A DNA stretch of 64,000 bases from a virus (IMGVR_UViG_3300037310_000564:1-64000); one strand, 5' to 3'; shown: positions 18,354 to 28,537, counted from the stretch's first letter. Program-made: numbers and translations. Notes: generated from the letters alone by a model not told the origin.

Positions 18354-20273
18354 TTAAGACAAAAATGACCCAGAATTTCCCAGCAAGTTCTTGGGAAGGG
18401 ATGGAATGTTGCCAAGCAAGTTGCTGATTGGTGAAGATTTGTCTGACTGTTGTGGCAAATTAATCAAATCCCCCAATGATTCCGGTGGTATATAAAATAA
18501 CACACCCGATCCCAAATCCAAAAACATTACCCTGGATAGGGCCACGGTCATGACCGTTTCCTCTAATCCATTAGGCAACACCCTAAACGATACCGAAATG
18601 TTTTCAATATGTCCAACAAAATCATTCTTGCCAAAAGTAAAATGCAAATTAAAACCAATAGTTAAGGCTATTGAAGGATCCTTGATAATTAGTGTGGCGG
18701 AGGGCTGTTTATAATTAAATGCCTGCCATGCCTTAATAACAGCATTGGCTGTTTTAACCCATTCCTCTAATCCAATCCCAGATTTGTCATGGGCTGTTGA
18801 AAGAGATACCGGATTGTACTGTGAGGCAGCGTCCAATTGTTGACCGCCAAACCGACGCACATGCTTATCTAAACGAAAACGGGAAAAGGAAGCAACTGAT
18901 TGTTCCAGTTCATGCCGTCCAGCCATTGATTGTGGAGCAAAAGTAAAGTAATTCGGGGAGTTAAGCATTGTTCTTTGAAAGGATATCTTCTGGATATACT
19001 CAGAAGGAATAAAGATTCGGGGAATGTGATCGTATCGCGTCCAGTTCTTCTGAAGCAGAGCTCCTTCCTTTGCATCAAGCTCGAATTTAGCCGGATTGTT
19101 GACTATAACGGATGGCAAAAAGGGTTTATCTCGCACAAATAAAACAGGACGTACAGTTAGTGCTCCATTAGACTCTTCATAAAGCAAATCTGTGAAAGTT
19201 TCGTGAAAAAGTGAATCAACATACTGACTTAACAAACTCCAAATTGAAGTTGTTCCAAGGCTGGCCAACAAACCACTACCAGGAGCTAAAGGTCTAACAT
19301 CACTCTCTTTGGCAAATTTTTGCTTAAATTCCTCAATCTCCCCTGTGCCAAAGACGCCATCCCAAGACTCAATTGACCTATGCTCATCAGTTTGCACTCC
19401 ACTAATGACATCCAACAGCCCTCTACCGGAATTTGTTTGAAAGGGATTAAGGGGATTGTCGACTGAATACCCTAGACGCTTTAGTAAGGCGTCTGGGATA
19501 CTTGGCATGGAGACACCCAGCTGTGAAAAATTACCGGCCTTTAGTGCCTTAACCGTATCTACCATGTCTTTTTGATTAATACAGCCAACTAAGGACAATA
19601 TAACTTGCGCAAATTCAAAGCAATTAAAGGTTTTTGACACAATATTATTTAAGGTTTTGGCGGGAGACTCACCCGTAATGGCTTTAATCATTCCGGCCGC
19701 GCCAGAAATATCCTTTTTGACAGCGTCCGCAAAACTGCCCACATCAAACTTAACTGGAGTGGTTAGCATTGATGCCCATGATCGGATTCCAATGCTGTTT
19801 TGTTGCGCAACAAGACCATTTTCTAGTGTTACATAGTCCACATTGATGGTGTGGATTTGTCCAAAGAACTTAATTAGGTGTTTTTCCGAATTATTTGTGG
19901 CTGTTACAATTGATGAAATCAAAACCCATGTACCCTCAACTACCGCCTTAGGCAATGGACCGACCATGGTCATTGTGCATGGGTGTTCCGGCGTTCCCTT
20001 TGACCTTTCAAAATTAAGTGAGGTAATTCCATTTTGGATATATTGTGTTTTATCATCGCCAGCAAACCCTTGTTCTTGCAGCTGTTTTTTGATTTTGGCG
20101 ACATTTGAGTTTTTAGAGCCCACCACCTGAATTGGCAAAATATTATTAATGCTGGGTCGAATTGGGCCAGGAATACCGGGGGGCAACGTGATTTCCTGGT
20201 CGTCCAGCGGATCGGCCTTTTCATATGGATAAAACTCAACTATCCAATTTTGTTTTGTTGATACTGTTGTCAT
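18354..20273 (-). CDS. Baseplate hub protein (gp27/gpD-like)
   Basis: Sits between tape measure and spike. Contains ITSLNFERSKG and C-terminal IGFNLHF...VGHIENISVSF, a hub-like pattern. Confidence 0.65.
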   Translation of the reverse strand: MTTVSTKQNWIVEFYPYEKADPLDDQEITLPPGIPGPIRPSINNILPIQVVGSKNSNVAKIKKQLQEQGFAGDDKTQYIQNGITSLNFERSKGTPEHPCTMTMVGPLPKAVVEGTWVLISSIVTATNNSEKHLIKFFGQIHTINVDYVTLENGLVAQQNSIGIRSWASMLTTPVKFDVGSFADAVKKDISGAAGMIKAITGESPAKTLNNIVSKTFNCFEFAQVILSLVGCINQKDMVDTVKALKAGNFSQLGVSMPSIPDALLKRLGYSVDNPLNPFQTNSGRGLLDVISGVQTDEHRSIESWDGVFGTGEIEEFKQKFAKESDVRPLAPGSGLLASLGTTSIWSLLSQYVDSLFHETFTDLLYEESNGALTVRPVLFVRDKPFLPSVIVNNPAKFELDAKEGALLQKNWTRYDHIPRIFIPSEYIQKISFQRTMLNSPNYFTFAPQSMAGRHELEQSVASFSRFRLDKHVRRFGGQQLDAASQYNPVSLSTAHDKSGIGLEEWVKTANAVIKAWQAFNYKQPSATLIIKDPSIALTIGFNLHFTFGKNDFVGHIENISVSFRVLPNGLEETVMTVALSRVMFLDLGSGVLFYIPPESLGDLINLPQQSDKSSPISNLLGNIPSLPKNLLGNSGSFLS

Positions 20274-23200
20274 GGTTTAGACCTAATATCTTTCGGAACA
20301 AGCTCTTTTTTATCTGCATCTAACCAAATACGCATGTCAGCCCAGTTCTCGATACGGACAGACTGAATTTTAGACTCCATTATCTCAGTGTTCAGGGACA
20401 TATTACGTGCTAAGGTTAATGTATTGATATCCTTCATACTTTCTTCCGCAGCTTGCAGGAATGATGTGTCGCCGTCCTTTTGTGCCTGTGCAATCGCCTT
20501 TTGGGTGATTCTTGTTCCCTTCAGGCTTTCTTTTCCGGCCGCTTTTGCCGCCTGCTCTGAAATAGAAAAGGCATTTCCGCCAGCATCAAGGAAGTCACTG
20601 TATACTTTAGAAGTTGGAGTTACACGCTCCACGGTTGTTGTGAAGTCTGCCAAAACTTTATTCAAGAATTCTCTACGATTCCTAATGGCAGGATCAACGC
20701 CTTTGGCTTTACCAAGTTTCAAATCCTTGTCCAGCCTTTCGATATCTCCAGACGAAAACAAATCCTTGCCGGCATCATCTTTTAGACCTGAAGCGTATAC
20801 CATGGCAGCCGCCGAAGCTGAGTCCGCCCCCATGTCTAATCCAGCACCTATTGCTCCGGAACGATTAACAAATTCCTGCAGAAGAGCTTGTCGTTTTTTT
20901 GGATCTTTTTCGTTTTTTAACCTCTCTGCCCACGCCTTAGATGTAGTCCCTAACCCGCCGCCTTCAATGGCACTCATTAAGGATCCGGTCTCAGACAGGT
21001 TCATAGACTTAAGACGTTCAATAAGAGTTTTTTTATCCCCGCCGCCTGCCGCCAACAACCTGCGGGTCTCTGGAGACATGTTTTGACCTGTCTCTAATTG
21101 TTTAATCATGTCCATTCGTTGTATGATGTTTGTGTCAGCCACGGCAGCAAAGCCTGAATTCAAATCAAAGCCTGCCGCTGAAGCCGCTGCGGCCTTGACC
21201 ATCCCCGGAAGACCCGAAAGACGTCCGGAATATCCCGACAATCCCTGAATGCCACGCGCTGCCGCCTGAAGGTCGAGGTCATTGCCTTTACCGCCGCCTG
21301 CCGCCAATGATAAGTTAGATAGCAATCCTGAAGTTAGGCCTGTTGTTGCTTTCGATGCTTCCATTAAGTCCGCAGCAATATTAACAAAACGGGACGCCCT
21401 GGACTTGTCAAAACCAGCAGAAACGGCGTCAGAAAACATTGAGGTTAACATCTTAATATTGTTTTGATTTCCGGTTGTAGCATTAAGCTTAGCCAAGTTT
21501 TGGAGTTGTTGGTCAAAATTGCCATATCCTGACAAAGAAAGCATGGACATTTGGGTAAAGTCTTCTGAGTTGGCTATTTTGTCAAAACCCAATACAGAGG
21601 TAATTCTGTTCTTTCTGCTCATCCCCTCAGCTTCAGAAAGGCCAAACTTAGAATAAGCGGTTGATAATCTTGAGACTTCTGTGGGGACATCATATTCTTT
21701 GCTGAGGACTCCGGCTACCTGCCCGCGTTCCATTGTAAGTAGTCTTTGTTGCTTATAAATACGATCATAAGCATCCATTTGAGCATCACTAAACACCCGT
21801 CTGGAAACGGCAGACAAACCATCCAGACCATCCTTCTTAGTCCTAGGGTCGTTAGCCATGGCGCTGTATTTGGCAAAATCTCTATAATTTGAATCTTTGG
21901 CTTCAAGGTCGTTAAGCTTAGATATTTTAACCTCCAAAGCCTCTAATTTCGCCACGTTAGGATCGTTGTTGGCTCGGGCCTTATTTAAGATGTCCTCCCG
22001 TGATCCGCGCTCAGCTTTTGCCTGCTGAATATCTTGGAAGCTTTTAGAGCCATACTTATTTAGAGACATTAATTCACTTTGTGCAGAGGCAGCGTATCGA
22101 CCCCCAACCATTTCAACACCTTGAGTTTGCGCCTGCATCATGGCCTGAAACTCTTTAAGTGCCAGTAAGGTATATGGATTTTTCTTAACCTCAGCTTCCA
22201 TATATTGATCGGCTCTTTGTTGAAGGTCGCTGACAATCCCTCCTTGTGCGGCTTTTTGTGCCATGGCCGCTCGACGTTGCCAATCAGGTCCATACATTAA
22301 CTCACCAGCAGCGCCGGTTAGGCCAGATCCAAGCCCACCAGTAAGGGCCGTGTAAGGATTTTTTATATAATCGGATATGCCACTGGACGCACTATTAATA
22401 ACCGAGGCAGCTCCTAAGCCAAGCCCGGCAAGCGCACCAGGTACATTTCCAACCACGGCGCCTATCGCTGTGGCGCCCGCAGTCTTAAGAACGCCCTCAG
22501 CGACATTTCCAATAGATCCAAATATATGGCCTAAGCGGTCCTTTTCTTTTAAATCGATATTCTCTTGAACATCTCGATTGGCCAAATCCAAAGCATTTTG
22601 GTATCCACGTGTGCCAATGTTTGTAAACTCTCGACTTGGCTGTAATAAATTGGCCCGGTATTTCAATATGTTTTCAGGATTGGTCATGTCATTGGCGTCA
22701 AGAACTTGCTGGGCATATCTCTGAATAATGTCAGCCTTAGCTTGATCGGCGGCTATTTGCTTATCTATAGTTGCACTACCCATGGCAGTATAAGTGCTGA
22801 AACCAGCCTGAACCGCAGATCCAGCTACCACAACTCCTGCGGTGGCTAAACCAAGCATACGATTCAATACAGCGGCTTTAGCTGGACTATCATCTTTATT
22901 GGTGCCACCACCATCCCCGCCGGATTGTTTTATAATTTCTTTTGCCTGAGTTTGAGTTTGGTCTAAGCGTCCAATAGCATTGACCAAATTTCTCATGGCA
23001 TTTGTTTTTTCGCTCTCAGAAGCCGTCTCAGACTGGGAAACCTCTTGATAGTTTTTAGTTGCCTCGTCCAACTTTTCTGTGTTTTGGGCAATAGCAAGCT
23101 GTAACGTCTTTAGGTGATTGCCTAAAATGGTGGAAACATTGTCATTTTTTGACGCAAAGGCTTTAATCGCACTTTCAATTTTGCTACCGCCTTCGCCTAA

Positions 23201-23905
23201 GATGGAGGAGGTTGCTCCCCTGACCTTTACCAGGTCAGTGATGCCGTAGCCAATTCCAGAAAAATCATGGGACGATGCCACTGTTCGCGTTGGCTGTGCT
23301 GCTTTTCTTTTCTCAACAGCTATACCCAAATCATCTTTTATTGATGCAGCTAAATACTCGGGATCCATCCCAGAAACATATTCTGAAGCGGACGATGCCA
23401 CTGTTCGCGTTGGCTGTGCTGCTTCTCTTTTCTCAACAGCTATGCCCAAATCATCTTTTATTGATGCAGCCAAATACTCGGGATCCATCCCAGAAACATA
23501 TTCCGAGGCTTTCGACAAAAACTGCTGTTTTCGTTTTTGGTCATCAAGAGAAATCGTATGCAAGCCCATTCCGGGCGCAACCAAAATGCCGCGACCAGGC
23601 TTAAACACAAGATTATTATTGGAACCGACCATAACATCTGGGTTGATTGTGGCCGTCGCCTTTTTAAAATTAGCTTCGGCCTGAGAGGCTAAATGTTGGG
23701 TATATACCTCTTGTGCAGACACTCCTTGTGGTGTCATGTACTCAATGCGCGAATTTTGCTGAGCAACTTTTGATCCAAGACCGTCTGACAAAGAACCGAG
23801 CATGCCAAATAAAGAGGATGCGACGCTTTGCAATCCCTTCATTGCCTCGGACAAAGAATTAACATCACTGACGGTAGTGCGTAGGTTCTTTTGGATCTCG
23901 GCCAT
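20270..23905 (-). CDS. Tape measure protein
   Basis: About 1210 aa, Ala/Gly-rich and helical, upstream of the hub. Likely ATG at 23905 after GGAG (track start 23926). Confidence 0.8.
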   Translation of the reverse strand: MAEIQKNLRTTVSDVNSLSEAMKGLQSVASSLFGMLGSLSDGLGSKVAQQNSRIEYMTPQGVSAQEVYTQHLASQAEANFKKATATINPDVMVGSNNNLVFKPGRGILVAPGMGLHTISLDDQKRKQQFLSKASEYVSGMDPEYLAASIKDDLGIAVEKREAAQPTRTVASSASEYVSGMDPEYLAASIKDDLGIAVEKRKAAQPTRTVASSHDFSGIGYGITDLVKVRGATSSILGEGGSKIESAIKAFASKNDNVSTILGNHLKTLQLAIAQNTEKLDEATKNYQEVSQSETASESEKTNAMRNLVNAIGRLDQTQTQAKEIIKQSGGDGGGTNKDDSPAKAAVLNRMLGLATAGVVVAGSAVQAGFSTYTAMGSATIDKQIAADQAKADIIQRYAQQVLDANDMTNPENILKYRANLLQPSREFTNIGTRGYQNALDLANRDVQENIDLKEKDRLGHIFGSIGNVAEGVLKTAGATAIGAVVGNVPGALAGLGLGAASVINSASSGISDYIKNPYTALTGGLGSGLTGAAGELMYGPDWQRRAAMAQKAAQGGIVSDLQQRADQYMEAEVKKNPYTLLALKEFQAMMQAQTQGVEMVGGRYAASAQSELMSLNKYGSKSFQDIQQAKAERGSREDILNKARANNDPNVAKLEALEVKISKLNDLEAKDSNYRDFAKYSAMANDPRTKKDGLDGLSAVSRRVFSDAQMDAYDRIYKQQRLLTMERGQVAGVLSKEYDVPTEVSRLSTAYSKFGLSEAEGMSRKNRITSVLGFDKIANSEDFTQMSMLSLSGYGNFDQQLQNLAKLNATTGNQNNIKMLTSMFSDAVSAGFDKSRASRFVNIAADLMEASKATTGLTSGLLSNLSLAAGGGKGNDLDLQAAARGIQGLSGYSGRLSGLPGMVKAAAASAAGFDLNSGFAAVADTNIIQRMDMIKQLETGQNMSPETRRLLAAGGGDKKTLIERLKSMNLSETGSLMSAIEGGGLGTTSKAWAERLKNEKDPKKRQALLQEFVNRSGAIGAGLDMGADSASAAAMVYASGLKDDAGKDLFSSGDIERLDKDLKLGKAKGVDPAIRNRREFLNKVLADFTTTVERVTPTSKVYSDFLDAGGNAFSISEQAAKAAGKESLKGTRITQKAIAQAQKDGDTSFLQAAEESMKDINTLTLARNMSLNTEIMESKIQSVRIENWADMRIWLDADKKELVPKDIRSKP
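23271..23510. repeat. 120-bp tandem duplication within the tape measure gene
   Basis: 23271-23390 vs 23391-23510 differ at 6 positions; it encodes two 40-aa copies of SEYVSGMDPEYLAASIKDDLGIAVEKR[EK]AAQPTRTVASS. Confidence 0.95.
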
Positions 23906-23954
23906 TAAAAACTCCAAATAAAACAATAACCTACGTTATTTTAGCATTTTTTGC

Positions 23955-24257
23955 TTAGTCAAAGCTTTTGATAAAGTCTGGAGAAACCATCGCTATTGCG
24001 CCATCAGAGTGGTTCTTGAGGATAAAAATCAAGGCCGGTCCTTGGGGGGTTTGTAAAAGCGACGACCCAATTAAAGATGCCTTATTTACCGCCTTGGTAG
24101 CTCCAGTTAACTGGATGCCCGACGGAGTTTTGTCCGCTTCCCAGGTGAGTGTGCTTAGTAGCGGTGATTTGCTAATCCTATCAAGTATTTGGTCGATTTT
24201 GGCGGACAATTCCGCTACTTCCCTTTTAATTTCATTAAGTTGGTCTAAATTTGACAT
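23955..24257 (-). CDS. Hypothetical protein
   Basis: GGAG RBS; N-terminal coiled-coil. Confidence 0.7.
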   Translation of the reverse strand: MSNLDQLNEIKREVAELSAKIDQILDRISKSPLLSTLTWEADKTPSGIQLTGATKAVNKASLIGSSLLQTPQGPALIFILKNHSDGAIAMVSPDFIKSFD

Positions 24258-24266
24258 AAAAACTCC

Positions 24267-24953
24267 TTAATTATGCTCAACACTTAATCTGTCATAGATG
24301 TTTGGTAATGTTCCACCAACCATTCCCCATTCTATATCAGGAATGAATTTATCAATAGTACTAAGATAATCGGAATTAATCATCTGTGATGTTGTTTGGA
24401 AGCACATCACGCCATGCTTATGCCTATTGATCATGGATTGGTGCTTACTACACTCACCGATGAAAATAAAAAACATAACATCCTGTTTTTGATTGAGAAT
24501 GTTAAGCACGGCAGTAGTAATTGGCAAAAACAAATCATCCCGAATAAGGCTGGGGGATCCGGGCAAACTGCACGCCAAACTCATTGGCATCATTAAGATA
24601 TTTTGCCTGGCCCAGCCCAAAAAGGAGGTGTGTTTTGGATTAATTCGCCGCCCTGTCCTTTTATGGACAGACAAAAGAATATCCTTCCCCTCATCTGAAA
24701 TGGAAAATGAATTGTCTGGACCGCCAAAGAAAAGAAAGTCTCTACCATAACTGCTGAATCTGGCTGATGCTTTTGGCTTATCAAAAACAAAAACCACACG
24801 CACTTTGGAAAATTCGGTTGCGGTAAAGCATGTGAACAAATAATCCTTATGTGGAATGCATCCGCGAGGAATTGATATTCCTCCGGATATTAATTGTTTA
24901 AGCGTGGCATTCCAACTAGAGTTGGGCATCGTTTTGCCTGTCGTTAAAAGCAA
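24267..24953 (-). CDS. Uracil-DNA glycosylase (family 1 Ung)-like protein with degenerate catalytic motifs
   Basis: Collinear with Ung: PHKDYLFTCFTATEFSKVRVV, GWARQNILMM, ITTAVLNILNQKQDVMFFIFIG, PDIEW. GQDPY is replaced by FDKPK and HPSP is absent. The start may be ATG 24929. Confidence 0.7.
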   Translation of the reverse strand: MLLTTGKTMPNSSWNATLKQLISGGISIPRGCIPHKDYLFTCFTATEFSKVRVVFVFDKPKASARFSSYGRDFLFFGGPDNSFSISDEGKDILLSVHKRTGRRINPKHTSFLGWARQNILMMPMSLACSLPGSPSLIRDDLFLPITTAVLNILNQKQDVMFFIFIGECSKHQSMINRHKHGVMCFQTTSQMINSDYLSTIDKFIPDIEWGMVGGTLPNIYDRLSVEHN

Positions 24954-24979
24954 TCTGCAAAAGCAACTTCTTGATTTTT

Positions 24980-25216
24980 CTAATCTTTTCTGAAGTCCTG
25001 ATCTTCGTTTTCTGTTCTTTGTTGATCCTGTGGCCGCTCAGATTTATAATTTTTAGCTCTTTTTTCATCAATTTCCTCGTTCACAATGGCTGCCATAAAC
25101 GATGCCACAACAATAGCCGTAGACCATAAAATAGGCAAATCGGTTCTTTGATTAACAAAAAGCACTAACAGACCAGTAACCAAGCCCGTCAAAAAATAAT
25201 AAACCTTAAGTATCAT
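24980..25216 (-). CDS. Small membrane protein (2 TM)
   Basis: Two hydrophobic segments and a charged tail. Confidence 0.65.
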   Translation of the reverse strand: MILKVYYFLTGLVTGLLVLFVNQRTDLPILWSTAIVVASFMAAIVNEEIDEKRAKNYKSERPQDQQRTENEDQDFRKD

Positions 25217-25240
25217 ATAAATGCCCTTTGTGGCAACAGC

Positions 25241-25783
25241 TTAATTTGCCAGGAGATATTTTTCTCCCAGTTCGCAAATAAAGCTCCGATAGTTGAAATT
25301 ATTAATAGATATTACTGATCGCAAACAATCAACAAATAACATGCCATCAATAATTAACTTACCTTCTGGTTGCTCATTCTGGGATGGAGAGCCGTAAACA
25401 ATAGACATCCTGTTGAGGTGATTCTCAAAATTACTATAAAGTTCGTCACTTGTATTGTCCCGAACCTTATTAAGGCTTTCGTTTTTTGAAACTTCATCAG
25501 CAAACCATAATACAAATGGAGGATTATCAGTGAAACCAACAACCAGAGCAGCGTACAATAGGTGCTCATCATTGAAGGATAGGCCTTCGCTGTTACGCAC
25601 CAAAAATTCATGGCTCAAATAGAAAACTGCATCGTCAGTAGTGGCAATTCTAGGTCCGCTTCCTTTCCCAGTCATATCACCAGCATATAACACACCTCTG
25701 TCAAAACGTTTTTTCCAAGCTGATCGTGTTCCAAAAATGCTTTTTGAGGCTCTGGCTAATAGCTCTTTTTGTCGATATTGCAT
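25241..25783 (-). CDS. Hypothetical protein
   Basis: GGAG RBS before ATG; 180-aa ORF within the operon. Confidence 0.7.
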   Translation of the reverse strand: MQYRQKELLARASKSIFGTRSAWKKRFDRGVLYAGDMTGKGSGPRIATTDDAVFYLSHEFLVRNSEGLSFNDEHLLYAALVVGFTDNPPFVLWFADEVSKNESLNKVRDNTSDELYSNFENHLNRMSIVYGSPSQNEQPEGKLIIDGMLFVDCLRSVISINNFNYRSFICELGEKYLLAN

Positions 25784-25825
25784 GCACTATCTCCATCTGG
25801 CGAATAAGTTTAGATTTTTGGCAAT

Positions 25826-26164
25826 TTAAGGTTGTGTTTCTTGAGCTAAAGTAGGATCTTTCACTTTCATAATTTCATTATTAAGAGCAAAAACTGGAGC
25901 TTTGTCCAATAAAGACAGGCCGTTATTTTCCCACCAACCAACATCTGGCGAACTTATGATATGAAATGTTATAAAAGCCAACATGTAATAAAACTCAATG
26001 TCTGGGGGAGAAGTAAGCCCTCTAGTATAAGTCCCGGCCAACCTTAAGGCATCTGAGCGCTCCTGAAGGTTGAGATAGGGCTTAATCTGAAAGGCACCAG
26101 TATATTGATGGCCCGTCTCTTCGCCCTTAGTGTTCACATCAATCCATTTTGGTTCATTATTCAT
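25826..26164 (-). CDS. Putative tail assembly chaperone
   Basis: YTGAFQIKPYL...SSPDVGWWENNGLSLLDKAPVFALNNEI resembles myophage chaperones found between tube and tape-measure genes. Confidence 0.55.
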   Translation of the reverse strand: MNNEPKWIDVNTKGEETGHQYTGAFQIKPYLNLQERSDALRLAGTYTRGLTSPPDIEFYYMLAFITFHIISSPDVGWWENNGLSLLDKAPVFALNNEIMKVKDPTLAQETQP

Positions 26165-26543
26165 TGGTCACACCCTTATCTTTTGGCTGTATAAACTCGC
26201 CAGTTTGAAAGAATTCATGAGCATTTTGCATAAACTGATCATTTTCGGGACTTAGGTCAGCAAAAAGATCCTCACCAGACTCCGCGAAGGCCTTTAATGA
26301 CTCAGACACTTCAGAGGTTTTATCGCCTACAGACTTTAGCAACTCTAGCTCAAATATAAGATCGTCCAGTGTTCGTTGTGAGAAATAGCTGTCAAAAAAC
26401 GGGATGTTATATGCCTGACTAAGCCTAAACCTCAACACATTAATGAAATCATCATCATTTTCAACAAGGCCGTCCTTGATCCTTTGAGCTTTCTTTTGCA
26501 TTAGTTCAATTCGTTGCTGGATGAAAGTTTCAAGATGGATCAT
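26157..26543 (-). CDS. Putative tail assembly chaperone partner
   Basis: RLSQAYNIPFFDSYFSQRTLDDLIFE motif; position after the tube genes. Confidence 0.45.
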   Translation of the reverse strand: MIHLETFIQQRIELMQKKAQRIKDGLVENDDDFINVLRFRLSQAYNIPFFDSYFSQRTLDDLIFELELLKSVGDKTSEVSESLKAFAESGEDLFADLSPENDQFMQNAHEFFQTGEFIQPKDKGVTNE

Positions 26544-26569
26544 ATGAGCCTCAACTGATAGTCTCGGTG

Positions 26570-26598
26570 ATTAGATCACAACTCTAACAAAAAGTCAA
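26570..26598 (-). promoter_or_regulatory. sigma70-like promoter
   Basis: TTGACT-17-TCTAAT with extended TG, upstream of 26543. Confidence 0.6.
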
Positions 26599-26639
26599 GT
26601 ATTTTTTAATTGGGCTATTGATTAATGTGATGTGTGGAA

Positions 26640-27272
26640 TTAAACTAGTCCGCCGGTGACATCTGAGACTAAATTGCGAGCGGCGTTTGCAAATCCTGCC
26701 ACCTTACCAGTTATGCTGTAGGGCTTAAAGGCTTGGCTGACATAGTGTTGATATGAGATTCCAATAAATTTAGCTGAAATATTAGTGACTTGATTCATTG
26801 AGATTTGAGGGGACACCTCCACAAACATCCCCTTGGAGAAAAAGAGGGATGTCCCTATAGAATCCAACACTTGCATCTCAACCATAGGAGCATGAACAGC
26901 GGTGGCCATGATGGGTATGAGGTGATCAACCTCAGGTCCTTTGGTGGGGTCCATGAATTTTGACATAGATGCCTGTATCATACAGGTGCCCATGTCTATA
27001 TCCCATCCAAAAACGGTATCGATTGTGTGTAATACTGTGGGGTTATAATTAATGGACCACCTAAAGTCCATACAAACAGCGATTGGCTTGCCACCAATCT
27101 TTAGCAAGGATCGAGCTCCGGTGGAATAATAAGGAAGGATTCCTGAGCCCTCATTTAGATGGCTCAGGGGATTTAACATCTTATCTATTTGATCACGGAA
27201 TTTCTCTGCCTTGGCTTCATGCCGTCCTGAGCCATACCCGGCTGTTTTTCCTGGTTTTTCAGGCGTAGACAC
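26640..27272 (-). CDS. Tail tube-like protein (paralogue 3)
   Basis: TGARSLLKIGGKPIAVCMDFRWSINY tube-like N-terminus; likely GTG start at 27272 after GGAG (track start 27317). Confidence 0.65.
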   Translation of the reverse strand: MSTPEKPGKTAGYGSGRHEAKAEKFRDQIDKMLNPLSHLNEGSGILPYYSTGARSLLKIGGKPIAVCMDFRWSINYNPTVLHTIDTVFGWDIDMGTCMIQASMSKFMDPTKGPEVDHLIPIMATAVHAPMVEMQVLDSIGTSLFFSKGMFVEVSPQISMNQVTNISAKFIGISYQHYVSQAFKPYSITGKVAGFANAARNLVSDVTGGLV

Positions 27273-27318
27273 AAAAAACTCCAAAATTAAATAGAAAAGT
27301 GAGAAAGAAAGTCGCAAA

Positions 27319-27975
27319 TTAGCCTTGTCGCGACGTACTATCCATTTTAAATTGTGTATCAGTTGCCCCTAAATGGGTTGCCAACAAGCCTCGGAAATTC
27401 ATGGGAACGTTGACTATTTGCCCCAATGAGATGTTGGCATTTCTGCCCGTAAATCTCACTTTTTGTACCTGCAGCCAACCTACTTCCGTCAAAGCATTAT
27501 TGGCCACATCCGGAACTTTCATGTTTACCTGAATGTCAAAAGTGCGTGACAACAAAATACTATCTGGATCTAAGTGCCTAAAAAGACTATTTTGGTTCAG
27601 GATTGCGTTCGAAATACCAGATCCGGGGTTTGATCCAGCCAATTCAGTACCAGTAACGTCTGTAAAAGCCGTTTTGGCTGCAGGCGATCCACCAACAGCG
27701 GAACTAACACGATCCAAGGTGTTGGCGGCATCTGTTGCCGTGGCTGTCAACTCTGCAGCCACCGATGCCGTAATTAGCCTTTGAACTTGCAATGTTCCAG
27801 TTATAACAGAGAGCATCGTCCTCTCAAGTGTAATTGGTCTATAGGAACCAAACACATATATAGGACGAACCTCAACGTTAACACTAATATTCAATCCTAA
27901 TGCATACGCAACCAGCTTTTGATCAACATAAAGTTTGATACGCGGAGCGGTTGCAAATAATGGGCTTTGAGCCAT
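27319..27975 (-). CDS. Tail tube-like protein (paralogue 2)
   Basis: TAPRIKLYVDQKLVAYALGLNISVNVEVRPIYVFGSY; ATG 27975 after GGGAGA (track start 28038). Confidence 0.65.
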   Translation of the reverse strand: MAQSPLFATAPRIKLYVDQKLVAYALGLNISVNVEVRPIYVFGSYRPITLERTMLSVITGTLQVQRLITASVAAELTATATDAANTLDRVSSAVGGSPAAKTAFTDVTGTELAGSNPGSGISNAILNQNSLFRHLDPDSILLSRTFDIQVNMKVPDVANNALTEVGWLQVQKVRFTGRNANISLGQIVNVPMNFRGLLATHLGATDTQFKMDSTSRQG

Positions 27976-27994
27976 GATAAAAAATCTCCCTTTA

Positions 27995-28537
27995 TTAACC
28001 GACCTGGTGGTCGCGTACTTTGATTGCCAAAAATCCAATCTGGTGCTGGACTAACTGAGCTGACTGTATAGACACATTAAAGCTATTAATGACAGCGTCT
28101 TCTATAGTGTATGAAGGCACGGCCGGAACAGGCATTTTTGTAACCGGGTCAAACTTCTTTTCATACACAACAATATCTATTGTCCTAGAAATCATAAACA
28201 GAATTGGATTAAAACTTCCTGGTAATAACAGGGAGTTACCATCAGACCCATCAGCCCCTTGATTGGCATTGGTGACCCGGGAGGGGCCTAGACCGGTTGC
28301 ACTGCCAGCGCCAATGGCATTGGCCGCTCCGGTAGAATAAGCGGTTATAACCAAACTTCCCCTGGCAATGTAACTGAGTGGCTCATCGGCATCGTATGAA
28401 TAAGAGCCAATTCCACCAACTTCGCCATGGGCCACATCATCACTAAAATTCAAACTGGTTCCATACGCAAGTATGGTATTTCCCAATTTGATCTCCAGGT
28501 TTGATCCTGAAGAAAAACTGTTAATAAAACCTGCCAC
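27995..28537 (-). CDS. Tail tube protein (paralogue 1)
   Basis: SGSNLEIKLGNTILAYGTSLNFSDDVAHGEVGGIGSY; GAGGAG RBS. Confidence 0.7.
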   Translation of the reverse strand: MAGFINSFSSGSNLEIKLGNTILAYGTSLNFSDDVAHGEVGGIGSYSYDADEPLSYIARGSLVITAYSTGAANAIGAGSATGLGPSRVTNANQGADGSDGNSLLLPGSFNPILFMISRTIDIVVYEKKFDPVTKMPVPAVPSYTIEDAVINSFNVSIQSAQLVQHQIGFLAIKVRDHQVG

